Shown here piece by piece: positions 37,607 through 53,008 of a DNA stretch of 64,000 nucleotides (position 1 is the stretch's first letter; every line of letters begins with the position of its first letter). The position numbers and the translations under genes are program-made. The stretch is from Octopus vulgaris. Taxonomy: Eukaryota. The stretch is taken from contig OX597832.1 of NCBI GenBank assembly GCA_951406725.2, forward strand, positions 30,318,001 to 30,382,000. Reading direction: 5' to 3'. The notes below the pieces were generated by a model. It did not search any database, had not been told where the DNA came from, and was given only the letters and a program-made list of their open reading frames with translations.

Positions 37607-37825
37607 TACTCTTTACTCTTTTACTCTTTTACTTGTTTCAGTCATTTGACTGCGGCCATGCTGGAGCACCGCCTTTAATCGAGCAACTCGACCCCGGGAC
37701 TTATTCTTTTTGTAAGCCTATATTCTATCGGTCTCTTTTGCCGAACCGCTAAGTAACGGGGACATAAACACACCAGCATCGGTTGTCAAGCAATGCTAGG
37801 GGGACAAACACAGACACACAAACAA

Positions 37826-37900
<75 letters not shown>

Positions 37901-38061
37901 TACGACAGGCTTCTTTCAGTTTCCGTCTACCAAGTCCACTCACAAGGTATTGGTCGGCCCGGGGCTATAGCAGAAGACACTTGCCCAAGATGCCACGCAG
38001 TGGGACTGAACCCGGAACCATGTGGTTGGTTAGCAAGCTACTTACCACACAGCCACTCCTG
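37607..38061 (-). mobile_element. Family-B SINE
   Basis: Matches family-B consensus. Confidence 0.9.
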
Positions 38062-38779
38062 CGGCATTGAGGAACTTTCTTTCAATATGTTTGATAAAGC
38101 CAGTTGACATCTGGATTGCTATCAACAAACCCTTATAAGGAAATTACATCCTCAAAAAGTGTATGTGTGTGTGTGCGCGTGTGTGTGTATCCATACACGT
38201 GTTTCCGTGTTTCACCTGTTCCATTCCTTCGCTTCTGGGAATCTTATTCGCATCTTTCGCAGCTTCAGCTGCCGAGCCGGGAGTCGTGAGGAGACGGTCA
38301 ACTCATCAAACTTCCTCTTAATTTCAATCTGGTGCGAGCTGGCAGAATCGTTAGCAGACCGGACAAAATGTTCCGCGGCATTTCGTCCGTCTTCATGTCC
38401 TCAAATTCCGCCGAGGTCGACTTTACCTATCATCCTTTAAGGGGTCGATAAAATAAGTACCAGACAAGCACTGGGGTCGAAGTAATCAGCCAGCATCCCT
38501 TCTCTCAAATTTTAGGTTTTGTGCCTATACTCCCTTTTACTCTTTACTCTTTTTACCTGTTTCAGTCATTTGACTGTGGCCATGCTCGAGCACCGCTTTT
38601 AGTCGAGCGTATCGACCCCCAGGACTTATTCTTTGTAAGCCTAGTACTTATTCTATGGGTCACTTTTGTCGAACCTCTAATTTACGGGGACGTTAACACA
38701 CCATCATCGGTTGTCAAGCGATGTTGGAGACACACAAAGATACACACACACACACACACACACACACAAAGATACACAC

Positions 38780-38850
<71 letters not shown>

Positions 38851-39494
38851 CACATATATACGATGGGCTTCTTTCACACTCCATCTACCAAATCCACTCA
38901 CAAGGCTTTGGTCGGCCCGAGGCTATAGTAGAAGACACTTGCCCAAGGTGCCACTCAGCAGTGGGACTGAACGTGGAACCATGTGGTTGGGAAGCAATAT
39001 ATATGTATGTATGTACATTACCATCTGTATACCATACAAAATGAGACACTGTTAGACGGCTTAACGTTGTGGAAGTGTCTCAGACAATTTCACAGCATCA
39101 TGCCTTATAACGGTGCCTGTAGATTAAGTATAACACACAGAAGGCGATTATATCTCAATGCCGTTTCAGTTGCATCCATCAAGTGTTTATAAATATGCAC
39201 ACGCACATGTTTGTTTCCATATCGTGCGTATATTCATTTTGTGTGTATAATCTCATTTATGTGGTGTGTTTATTTTTGTGATTGCCCTCAACATTAGCTC
39301 GCTCTTCCGAGCAGCTCTTGCCCTCTTGACGCCACCAAAAATGAACAGTCTTATCATTAAACGTGTGAAATTGTAATGAACGTTTGGACGACAACCGACA
39401 AGCAAAGAGCACGACCGTGTCTTGTGTGTGGATTTTCCGTTCGCGCCTTTGTTGTTTTTGTATTTGGTTTTTGAAACTACAGACATACATACAT

Positions 39495-39705
39495 AAACCG
39501 AATGATATGTTGAAAGCATTTAAGACGTACGTTTCGTATCTGCATAATAAGAAATACATCCCTTACGCAAGACCCTCTTCAGTTAATGCACTTCTAAATG
39601 TATTGATTGAAGAAGGTATTGCGTAAGAGGGTGTATTTCCTATTTTATATCACGCAGTTCTGAAACGTTCGTATTAAATGCATTCAAAACATCATTATTA
39701 GGTTT
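39495..39705. repeat. Degenerate long inverted repeat, arms about 100 bp
   Basis: GAAATACATCCCTTACGCAAGACC versus GGTATTGCGTAAGAGGGTGTATTTC, extending outward. Confidence 0.85.
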
Positions 39706-39871
39706 GGTTTCATTATTACGCCTTACAGAATCCGATGCCAGTACAAACTAACCTGTCCTGACTCCACTCCTACGGATACTCATACAAGGATTTGGAGTGG
39801 CTTGCTGTATTTGGCTCGAATCGAAAATACTGGAGCCGTGCATCGTTTCTAAGCATAATACAATATATGTA

Positions 39872-39917
<46 letters not shown>

Positions 39918-40339
39918 TGCGCGCGCGTGTGTATGTGTGTACGTATATATATATATTTCTAAACATTTACATAAACTCTTGTTTATCCTGTTGTTATCTG
40001 CAATGCCCGGGGGTATTACAGGTAACGGATACCGATGGAATATACGGATATTTTATCCCTTGGTCGGTTACTATAACCGCTAACTCTGTTTACACACACA
40101 CACACACATACACATACACACACATATATATATACATATATATATAAGAGATAATGGTGTCATTGAGACCCAAATGTGTCAGGTAATGCTGAAGAAGTGC
40201 TATAGACAGACCAGAGTTAAGTTCCAGATTCGGTAATATTGCAAATAAAGGGTTCAACGTTGGTTCTATGTAAGAATTTTTTGCGTAATAAGATAAAAGA
40301 CCAAGGCTGTATAGATATTAGAGCATTTATAGATAGAAG

Positions 40340-40391
40340 GTCCTACAGCTGTTTCTAGGATATTAATTGATAATATCCCTTCATCGGAGTC
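40340..40391 (-). ncRNA. Degenerate minimal type-I hammerhead ribozyme motif in a Penelope-like remnant (about 40200-40430)
   Basis: Minus strand: GACT-CCGATGA-A-GGGATATTA-TCAAT-TAATATCCT-A-GAAAC-AGCT-GTA-GGAC. Confidence 0.55.
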
Positions 40392-40813
40392 GGTGTGAGA
40401 GGAAAAATTAAGTCATAGTTAGTTTCGATGTGATGTACACACACACATGAGTCTACACAATATTTCAACAGAAATTCTGTTTTTCTTCCTATGATATATC
40501 GACCCCAGCGACTGACTGGTATTTTATTTTATCGACTTCGAAAGTAAGAAAGGCAAAGTCGACCTTGGTGGAATTTGAACTCGGCACATTAGAGTCGGAA
40601 GAAATGCCATTAACCATTTTTGTCTGGCTTGCTAAAAATTCTTCCGGCTCGCTCTGAAAATGATTCCACTGTTAAAACCGTCAAATTTGTGAGAAGTCAT
40701 CAGAAAACTGAAATAAAATGTTAATTAAGAAATAGATTTCCGGTGGGTGGGCGGGAGGGAGGGAGGGGCGTTTGAAAACCATTGACACTTCCACTCAATT
40801 CCGGTTACAAGGA

Positions 40814-40816
<3 letters not shown>

Positions 40817-40889
<73 letters not shown>

Positions 40890-40902
40890 ATGTATATGTA
40901 TA

Positions 40903-40950
<48 letters not shown>

Positions 40951-41007
40951 TATATATGTATGTATATGTATATATATGTATGTATGTATATATATATGTA
41001 TGTATGG

Positions 41008-41058
<51 letters not shown>

Positions 41059-41202
41059 TATATATTTATGTATATATATATACATATATATATATGTGTG
41101 TATGTATATATGTATGTATGTATATATGTATACATGTATGTATATATATTTATGTATATATATATATACATATATACATATGTATATATGTATGTATATA
41201 TG

Positions 41203-41278
<76 letters not shown>

Positions 41279-41300
41279 CATACACACACATATTTATGTA
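40817..41300. repeat. Compound (TA/TATG)n microsatellite
   Basis: Direct reading. Confidence 0.95.
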
Positions 41301-42228
41301 TAAATATTTGTACGCGTCTGTAGTTTAATGAAGAGAGAGAGAGAGAGAAAGGGGATACATGAGCGCGCGCGCGCGTACACTCACGCACGCGCACCCTCTA
41401 ATAGGCCGTTGTTGGTAGTGAATAACAAACAAATGTTAAGCTCATTTGCATAACAGTGTAAATAATTACACAATTATACACAAGCAAAATATGGTGGCTT
41501 ACGAGAATGTAATTGATTTATTTATTTTTGCTATAAATTTCATCCATTGAAAACTTTCTTTGGCTGATCTCCTTCAGTGGGAAAGAATGAAGCATTCTCC
41601 TGCCATTTCAACAAACAGTTAGCTGTTTGTTTGAATAAGCATTACTACAATGGATGCTGTAAATTAAAAGACCAGTCTTCATCCGATGTTTAACCATCTA
41701 TCATGCTATCTACAGAGAATGACGTATAACTGTAATTATCTATAGAACCGCTGTCACTATTGCTACCACTTCGGCACACCATTCCGATTTGGAAACGTTC
41801 TTATTTTCCATACAGCTGGTATCTCTCATCTTCACTGAACAAAATCTATTAACCTTTGTCATCTCGCTGGTAATTGTACCTGAACAATGCGGGGCATTGT
41901 TGATGAGGTGGCGTTAATTATTTACACGTTTCTCGTCCATCTTGGCTTGCAGGCATCGCATCTGATCGCGTAGACCGTCTTTTTGTTCCGACTCCGCTAG
42001 CGGCGAGCGTGGTAAGCAATCAGACTGGATGACAGGATGTGGGTTCGTGCATGGGGGAAATGGAAGCACACTTGACTTTTAACAGTTGATAGAGAAGTCA
42101 TAAGGAAATTAAATCATAAATTTACAAACAGGGTGCGTCTTTCAGAATGCCAGAGGCCAGGTGAATGGGTTGGTGGTTTAGGAAGCTTCTCCTGCGTTTA
42201 GTCGTAGTGTGATAACGAAGGAAACATC

Positions 42229-42264
<36 letters not shown>

Positions 42265-42670
42265 TTCGCATACAACAGATGCTATAAATACATAAATTAT
42301 TCAATATTTCGCCCAGATTTATCAATATCATCCGTTAACTCTTTCACGTTCCTCGTTATCATTTCCACTCCATATATTTACTATTGAAACACACGACTAC
42401 AAAATGGCGACTATAATAACTAATTATCTCTTTGCTTTCATCTCTGGTCAATTTAATTTAAAGAAAGAGAGGGAGGGGAAGGAGGAGAGGAGGAGGTGAG
42501 AGAGAGACGGTAAGAAAAGAAAGAAAGGAAACTGTAATAAAAAGACAATGAAAAACAGGAGAAATAAGAAAGAAAGAAAGAAAGAAAGAAAGAGGGGAAA
42601 ATAAATAAATGTATAAATAAAGAAGTGAAAAATCGCGAAATTTGAGAACGAAAATATCTTGCTTTCTCTA

Positions 42671-43385
<715 letters not shown>

Positions 43386-43789
43386 TAGATAGAAATAGCC
43401 ATATCCTTAGATCCGATAGACTACCTTGCAGTGTTCGTTCTTGTTCTCTGCGTTTTCGATTCGAATCCTTCCGACTTGAACGTTTCATCTTTTCTTGGAC
43501 TAGAGTGAGCTCCACCCGGGTTTTTGAAATGTCCACGACATGCTGAGGGTCAGAACGGCTCCACTACGACCCCAAAAGGAGTTGCGGGACCAACACACAC
43601 ATACACATGCATATACCCGTGTGTGTGTGTGTGTATTCTTATGTATGTGCATATATGTGTGTATAAGTATTTATAATCCCCTTCAATCACTCACTCTGTC
43701 TGTCTGTCTCTCTCTCTCTACTACTACTACTACAACTGCTGCCGCTGCTACTACTACTACTGCTACTACTACTGCTGCTGTTGTTGTTG

Positions 43790-44080
43790 TTATTATTATT
43801 ATCATTATATTGTCTTTGCGCAGCTTCTAACGCTGGAGATGTACTACAGTGTCAGCTGTTCACTACCAGTGAACTAAGGAAACACCCCTTATTTTTCGAG
43901 TACCTTCCGAAGTATTCGAGCGGTTCCAAGCAGTGCTGTTTTCTGCAAGCGCTCCACCCTTATTGCAGCCCCTATTTGTTCCCTGTACTTCTCAAGATTT
44001 TTACTCACTGTTCCCAGGGCTCCGACAATTATTGGTACTACTACCACCTTTTTCAGCGACCCCAACTGCTTAACCTCTAT
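43790..44080 (-). mobile_element. 3' end of an R4/Dong-type RLE non-LTR retrotransposon
   Basis: KKVVVVPIIVGALGTVSKNLEKY...LQKTALLGTARILRKVLEK* followed by a short UTR and (TAA)n tail. Confidence 0.8.
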
Positions 44081-45579
44081 AGAGGATAAACAAGGACAGA
44101 CAAACGGATTAACTCGATTATATCGACCCCAGTGCGTAACTTGTACTTAATTTATCGACCCCGAAAGGATGAAAGGCAAAGTCGACCTCGGCGGAATTTG
44201 AACTCAGAACGTAGCGGCAGACGAAATACCGCTAAGCATTTCGACCGGTGTGCTAACAATTCTGCCAGCTCAACGCCTTTTCTTTTTACCGTTTCAGCCC
44301 AACAATAATACTTTTGTTGGGTGCATAAAGTCGAAACTCCATGCATGTATGATATTTTCAGTCAGAAATATTTTTGCAAAACTATCGTATTTGAGACTTA
44401 TTGACACTTTTGAAAAATGTTAAACCGTTGTGCTACACTTTGACAATTTTCATCTGAGGCAGCTGGAGATATGATAGTTTGGCCAAAAGAACCAGTTATC
44501 GCAAGCAAATTTAAATATTGAAAGAAAACTCATTTGACAAAATTTGAACACACGACAGTTTAACATTAATATCAACAATATAGTGTTATATACACTCAAT
44601 ATAAAACCAGATTCTGACATCTCACTTTATTTTCAAAACCGGCAGATAACACTAAGTGAGTTGCCGTTGTTAAAGAGAGGTTTTGAAACTATCTTTGAAC
44701 ACAAAGCACGCAATATTCACTGTCTTTCATCGGTGCTTCCATACAAATTGTGAAGGCGCATCGAAAGGTTATGAGTTCGATTCACGGCGGTGCATTGTGT
44801 CCTTGGGCAAGACAGTTTATTTCACGTTGCTCCCGTCCACTCAGCTGGCTAAAATGAGTAGTGGCTGTATTTGAAAGAGCCAGCCTTTTTCACATCCTGT
44901 GTCAGGCTGAATCTCCCTGAGAACTATGTTAAGAGTGCACGTGTCTGTGGAGTGCTCAGCCACTTGTAATTTCACAAGGAGGCTGTTCTGTTGATCAGAC
45001 CAATTGAAACCCTTGTCGTCGTAACCAACAGAATGCTACACAGATCTAACCTCTGTCACCCCTGTTTGCATCCATACACGCTGGGATGGACCTTGAAAAT
45101 AATGCAAAAATCAAGAATTTATTTCTTAGACAATCAGCTTGAGCAAAAGTTACTTTACATAGGTTCAACAAAGCTAGTAACACATACGGACAATCGCTAG
45201 GAAACCTGCAGCTCTTCTAACCTGCTTGTAAATTCACAACCATACCAATAATTATCAATTCATTCGGTTATGTTAGTAAAAGTCTAAATGACAATCTGGA
45301 AAAGCAAGGACCTTCAAGGATTTTCAAGCAAAAAGAAGAAAGATGAAACAAATCGGCTGACACGTTGTTAAGGGTTAGAATTGTAAGTGGAGCAGTAAAG
45401 ATATGCAAGACTTTCCTAAACTTCAATAGTAACGGACCCTTTTCGTTCTTGTAATCCAAATTCCATTGATCGAGTTTTCTATCTTTGTGAGAAACCAGCT
45501 CCCACATTCTAGGAAGAATTCTAATAAATAAAAGAAAATTGAAGGCATAGATTGTTACAAATACGTGTGTGTGTGTATG

Positions 45580-45638
<59 letters not shown>

Positions 45639-45896
45639 AATACGGTTAGAGAGTGAAGAAGAGAGAAAAGAGAGGTGGGGTGGGGAGAGAAACGATAAAA
45701 GTTAATGAATTTAGACAGCATAACAGAAAGAAAAAGAAGAAGGAATCAATTAATCAAAGTTCGTATTTTTCTGACGGGCAAATCGAGTTGTTGGGCAGCT
45801 GTTACTGTCAACATGGGATGTGTGGACTCTAGCGAGCAGCAAGCCTGGCCGTCGCTTCACAAATGGCCATCTTTTAGATGGAAAATTAAAGTGACG

Positions 45897-45953
45897 TATA
45901 TATATATATACATGTATATACACACGCATATATATATATATACTCACACAGAG

Positions 45954-45984
<31 letters not shown>

Positions 45985-46224
45985 CATATATATATACATA
46001 TATATACATATATATACATATATATACATATATATATATATCTGTAAATACATACACACGCACACACACATATATACACATACATATATATACATCCACA
46101 CATGCATACATACATGTGTGCGTATATATATATATATTATATATATATATATATATACATACACATCTATATATATGTATATATATGGAGATATATATAT
46201 ATATACATATATATATACGTATAC

Positions 46225-46279
<55 letters not shown>

Positions 46280-46670
46280 CAAACATGTATGTATATATAC
46301 ATATGCATGCATATTTGCATATATATATGTGAGTGTGTGTGTGTACGTACATGATATATGCATATGTATATAATGCATGCGCGTGTGCGTGTGTGCGCGC
46401 GCGCGGTCTGGTAGCTTTCACTGCACACATCTTCTTCTTCTTCTTCTTCTTCTTCTCTATCAGACCAAACCTGCAAGACGTATATTTTATCCAACTAAAT
46501 TATTCATATTTCTAATTATATAAACAAATTGAGGAACAGAAGTCTCACATCAGCACTTCTTACATAGACGCATATGCATGTGTGTGCCTGTGTGCATGCA
46601 TATGCATGTGGGCATGTATGTATGTATGACTGTGTTTGTCAGTATGCTGATATGCATGTATGTATGTATC

Positions 46671-46768
<98 letters not shown>

Positions 46769-46770
46769 AC

Positions 46771-46817
<47 letters not shown>

Positions 46818-47087
46818 CATATACATATATATGTATATATATATACATATATATACATATATATACATATATATATACATATATATATGTATATATATAT
46901 ATGTATATATATGTATATATATATACATATATATATATATACATATTTATGTGTATATATATATATATACATATATATGTATATATATATATATACATAT
47001 ATATGTATATATACATATTTATGTGTATATATATATATACATATATATGTATATATATATATATACATATATATGTATATATATATA

Positions 47088-47145
<58 letters not shown>

Positions 47146-47210
47146 CATACATGTACATTCATGTACGTATATGTATGTGTATATATATATACATGTTTGC
47201 ATATATGTAT

Positions 47211-47243
<33 letters not shown>

Positions 47244-47310
47244 CATAGATAAATAGGTTCATATTTGTACAGGCACACACACACACAAATACACAAACAC
47301 ACACATATAC
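45897..47310. repeat. Two large (TA/CA/TG)n microsatellite fields
   Basis: Direct reading. Confidence 0.95.
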
Positions 47311-48655
47311 GTATTTAAATATGCTCTATTCTGTTTTTAATTATATAAATTCTTCCTTTGAGAAAAAGATCTGGTTTCTAACAAAGATACAAAGCTCCAT
47401 CGATGGAATGTAGATAACAACATCATGTTTTGAACCTGGGAGAAGTCTTGCATATTTTTATTGTTCCGCTTACACATTGTATTTATGATATGCGTGTTAG
47501 TTGGTTGATTTCTTTTTCTGAAAATCCAAGCTTATCCAGATTTATTCACTTACGGCATTTATTCTCAAAGCCAAGGTTCATCAATTAAATTCGTGGTTAC
47601 AGTGACGTTGCCAATTCCGTTCCTGCCAAAGTTCATAATTCTCCCCGGCAATATCGATAGCAATGCATTCTTGGGATATTCTGCTGATTTATTCCTCCAT
47701 CTGTAGCCCCTGATGACTGGGATCCTCTTTGGAGTCATTCGACACAGGTTAGAAATAGCAACCTAAACATCCTCTAATCACATCTTATCATCTGCAATGA
47801 AGTAAAGGCCTTTTTCTTCGGAACAACTGGTAAACGAGAAGAGAAGATCGGCGGCAGCCACCATAAGAGAGAATCATAAAAAAATGTTATTGTGAAGGCA
47901 CACCAGTCGAGGATTGAGAATTAATGAAAGAATCCTAGAAACTGGTAAGCAGGAAACCGAAGCCACCAACCTCTTACATTAAAAAGAACATCTATTACCT
48001 TACGACAATGGAAGAGAAAAGGAGGCCACAGATTTTGCAAACTGTTGAAGAGGAAAAAGGAAAAGAATAAGCAGAAAAAATGGTTGAAAGATGGGAAATA
48101 GGAGGAGCCCAATGTCACAGAATGAGTAAACTCGAAAAAGAAATCAGGCATTTGCTCAATTTAATGGTAAATCTGAAGACATCATCATCATCATCATTCA
48201 TTGTTCGACCGTGGTCGAGACAATGGAATTTACTATGTTACGCCAGACTTCACGGTCCATCATAGCATTACGGAGGTCCTGTTGCTGGATGCCTGTATCC
48301 CTGGAGATTACATCAGGGTAGGAGAGTGTGCGCCCTCTGGTATTGCGAGAAGACATCAAAGATCAGCTAATGTGTTGACTGAAGGTTTACGTTCAGAGTA
48401 TAAATTCCATCAAGGTCGACCTTGCTTTTCATCCTTTCGGGAGTCGATAAAATAAACTCCAGTTGAGCATTGGGGTCGATGTAATCCACTTGACCCTTTC
48501 CCGAAATCTTCGCCCTTGTCCCAAATGTAGAAAGGATCCGTATTTAAATTGTTGCTATTGTTCTTGTAATTACTCACAATGAGAACCCACCGAACACCTA
48601 AGATGCCGTCCTTAGAGACTGACGGAAAACCGAAATATTCAGCAAAATTCTTGTC

Positions 48656-48716
<61 letters not shown>

Positions 48717-49481
48717 TGTGTGTGCTGTTTGGTGTTAGTGTCTGGCTGTGTTGATGTGATGCGATGTTAATGCAGAGTGTTATTAATGTAATGTGGTTCG
48801 AGTTGCGTTTGGTAATGAGGCGTTAGTGAAGTGCGAAGTGAATGTCGGTCGGGTATGGACGTACGATGGTATACTCCAGGGTTACAGTAGTGGCTTGTTA
48901 GTATAATGTGGCGTACAGTGGAGTACAATGGGGTACAGTCTGTTATTGGTACAATGTGGTAGAACTAACATTAAATATTAGTGTGTTGTTAATGTAAATA
49001 TGATGGGGTGGGAGTGGGGTGGGGCATTGCTGCGGGCATCCCTTCACCGGTCACTAATTTCTTTCCCAAATCCCGACGGCCGAAATGGTGATTGGTATTT
49101 TGTCCGGTGTGCTAATAATAATAATAATAATAATAGTAATAATAATAATAATGAGAATAATAATCCTTTCTATTATAGGCACAAGGCCTGAAATTTTGGG
49201 GGAGGGGGATAGTCGATTATATCAATCCTCAGTATGCAACTGGTACTTGATTTCATCGACATCGTCCTCGGCGGAATTTGAACTGAGAATGTGAAGACGG
49301 ACGAAATGTCGTGAAGCATTTTGTCCGGCGAGCTAACGATAAAAATAATAATAATATTAATAATAATAATAAGAAGAAGAAGAAGAAGAAGAAGAATTGT
49401 CTATAAAGGCTACACACAAACCAACACTCTGCACATGACTATATTGCTACCCAAACTACAATTATATAATTTAATGTCAAA

Positions 49482-49515
<34 letters not shown>

Positions 49516-49968
49516 TGTATCATCCATAGCCACGAACATCCTGTCTGTTTACCTGAAATATAAAATTCGATTTAGAAATATTTAATTAATTTAGTTTTGT
49601 GCAACATGACTTTGACGTCTGTGCATTGTGACACGTGTGTTTCCCTTCGACATCGAGGTATGTAAACAACTGGACTCGTATCGCATCGCATACCTACCCA
49701 CCTACCCACCTACCTACCTACATATATGCTTACACACGCACATACATGTACTCACATACATGCATGCATACATACATGTACACACATTCACAAACATACA
49801 TACATATATACACATATACATACATATGTGCACACATACATACGTACACACATATATATGCTTACACACACACATACATACACACACATACATACATACA
49901 TACACACATACATTCGCAAACATACATACATATATACACATACAGTAGTAGTAGTAGTAGTAGTGGTG

Positions 49969-50032
<64 letters not shown>

Positions 50033-50255
50033 CAGCAGCAGCAGTAGCCGTTCAAGAATTTGGACCTGGAGATCTCCATTTCCAGGGCCACCTCCCAGTG
50101 GTGTCGGGCGTCAACGAAGAACCCTCGACTACAACAAGACGACTAAAGTATTTTTGTTTTTTTCCCAAGGTCTGGGGTCCCCGCCCCTAAGCCCTAGGCC
50201 ATCACCTAATCACCCTTACCCGTCTTCTTGCTTAACAACAGCAGCAGTAGTAGTT

Positions 50256-50289
<34 letters not shown>

Positions 50290-50308
<19 letters not shown>

Positions 50309-50625
50309 CAAAGTTGTATAACGGTGAAATGTGCCCTTACTAAAAATTTTCAAGAAAGAATAACTTAAGCTACCAAAGTAAGCAAACTCCAACACTGGAC
50401 ACGGCATAAAAAGCCGAGAACACTCGTCGCTTGCAAACTGATCAATCTCGAGCAGGAACTGAAAGCTCTCAGGGAGAAACTCCTACGTCAAAAGAGAAGA
50501 AACCGAGAGAAAAACAATAAGCAAAAATTAAACCGGAACCAGGCAACGGTGTTCAGAGACACGAGAGGAGGAGCAGTGAACTTCATAGAAGCTCTTTCAC
50601 GAGAAGATGTTGTCTCCTTCTGGGT
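50290..50625 (+). mobile_element. R4/Dong-like ORF N-terminal fragment
   Basis: LEQELKALREKLLRQKRR...NQATVFRD...REDVVSFWVEI resembles the pre-RT region of this clade. Confidence 0.45.
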
Positions 50626-50629
50626 GGAA

Positions 50630-50775
50630 ATATGTGCTTACCAAGCACATGGTTCCAGGTTCAGTCCCACTGCGTGGCACCTTGGGCAAATGTCTTCTAC
50701 TATAGCCCCGGGCCGACCAAAGTCTTGTGAGTGGATTTGGTAGACGGAAACTGAAAGAAGCTCGTCGTATATATG

Positions 50776-50816
<41 letters not shown>

Positions 50817-51024
50817 TTGTGTGTCTGTGTTTGTCCCTCCAACATCACCTGACAACCGATGCTGGTGTGTTTACGTTCACGTAACTTAGCGGTTCGGCAA
50901 AAAGAGACCGATAGAATAAGTACTAGGCTTACAAAGAATACGTCCTAGGGTCGATTTGCTCGACTAAAGGCGGTGCTCCAGCATCGCCGCAGTCAAATGA
51001 CTGAAACAAGTAAAGAATAAAGAA
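50630..51024 (+). mobile_element. Family-B SINE (5'-truncated)
   Basis: Matches family-B consensus. Confidence 0.88.
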
Positions 51025-51083
51025 AGTTTATTTTGAAAAAAAAAAAACCCCTGAAGTGAAACGGAAGTTATGGGGAAATTAAA

Positions 51084-51476
51084 TCTCTAGATATATAAAT
51101 CTGAAGTTGTGTGTGTGTGGCAGGTTTGGTAGCCTTCAACTAACACTATCTCCTCCAAGACCCTGCGGCGCAAGTTGACCAAAATTGAAAGTATGATAGA
51201 AGAAGGCTTGCTCTTCATTCCGTAGAAGAAAAAATTCAAATCGGACCATATTAACACCAAAAATTATTTACATCAAAAAGGTGCTTTTTTTTCTATGAAA
51301 ATCCCTATTTTTTACGGTTTTTTGACTGCTGTGTCGCCATTTTTCGGTGTATTTCAACCAGAAACATGTTCACTTAAAGAGAATAACAAGCTACATGAGG
51401 CAAAATTTTTACTTTTCAAAAATTCCAATTCTAAAGGGTCGAAACAAACCCGAACAACGCCGGGCGATACTGCTAG
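51084..51476 (+). mobile_element. Non-autonomous Helitron
   Basis: A|TC 5' end, subterminal hairpin CCCGAACAACGCCGGG, 3' CTAG|T, no TSD. Confidence 0.8.
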
Positions 51477-52935
51477 TTATAGAATAAAGATGTAAAAGAA
51501 ATAGAAAATAAAAGAGTAAACGAGAGGGAGGAGAGAGAGAGAGAGAGAGAGACAGAGACAGACAGACCGAGAGGAAGGAGAAGGGGAGTCATATGGAGAT
51601 TGAAGAGAGAGAGGGAGAAGGAGGTGTAAGTATCGAATGCATAGAAAATTGTATGGACGTAAAAGGTGAAGGTGAGAGGAAAGGAACGTAATAGAAAGGG
51701 AGGGGAGTGGGATAATGAAAGGACGAAGCAAACGCGTGAGAGCCTTAGTTTTTGTTTAAGGCTCACTGCTTGTTAGATCGGAGCCCAAAATTAATTATTA
51801 ATAAGAGGCTAAAGTAGATAAAATGTTGCTATGAATATTATCGATCTCTAATGCATATATCGATGTAGGAAAACGGCTCGGATCAGATTTGTACTGTGGT
51901 ATATAAATGAGTGTGGAAGTTGTTTTTTTAATTATGATTCTGGTTAAGTTTTTTTTTAATTAAAGAGGATGAAAGGCAATTAAAAGAAAACAAACCTCAA
52001 GGACAAACGATTTGTAGAAATACGATAGTTTAGACTTGATGGAACATCAATCTTTGTCTTTTTGAACCACGAGTAAAATAAGATTAGCAAGAATTTTTAC
52101 TTTTAGATATTGGCAGCAAAAGTAGAGGAGGCAATCTCGAAAAATTGGTGTTTTCAAACAAAGAAGGTGACCGACCAACGAGTTATTTCAAATACAATCT
52201 AGGAACAGAAAAATTGAGACGACTTTTCACATATTCAACATGGAGGTCTTCACTGCTGTTGTTATCTAAACTCCAGTGAAGAGTTTATTTTTTTCATTTG
52301 GCAGAACACCATTGCCTTTCTTGTAGAAAGAATTCAAAGAATTAAAGAAAAAAAAAGAAAAAATAACACATAATACATGCATACATTCATACGTGCATAC
52401 ATACTATCATACACACATACACACACATATACATATATGTGCATACGTACAAACATACATACAAACAAACGTACATACATACATACATACATACATACAT
52501 ACATACATACATAAAGAAGTCAACCAAATGATTCGCACATTACAAGCGGAACAATAAACCATGCAAGAGTGCTGGAGTGGAGACAGCATGTTCTTTGTCT
52601 CTCTCCTTAAACTTCTTGGAGATTTTAAGTATAATTATGCTGATGTGTCCAATTGTTCTAATTTAATTAAATTCTATGTCTTTGTGCAGCTGAGGATTGC
52701 TCTGCATTTTAAATTGATTTATTGATTGCATTGTCCTATTAAATGGAGTTGCATGAAACGATCGTACTGCATTACCTCTGGATATCCTTGTTGCTTATTT
52801 TGATTTTAACCACCTTACTTTGAAATTGTATGGATAATACCGTACTAAATTCTGGTGCCTCAACTTAAGCACCATATTCATCTGAATCTAAATTTTTGCT
52901 GAACTCATCTACCATACCCAAAGTATACACACACA

Positions 52936-53008
<73 letters not shown>

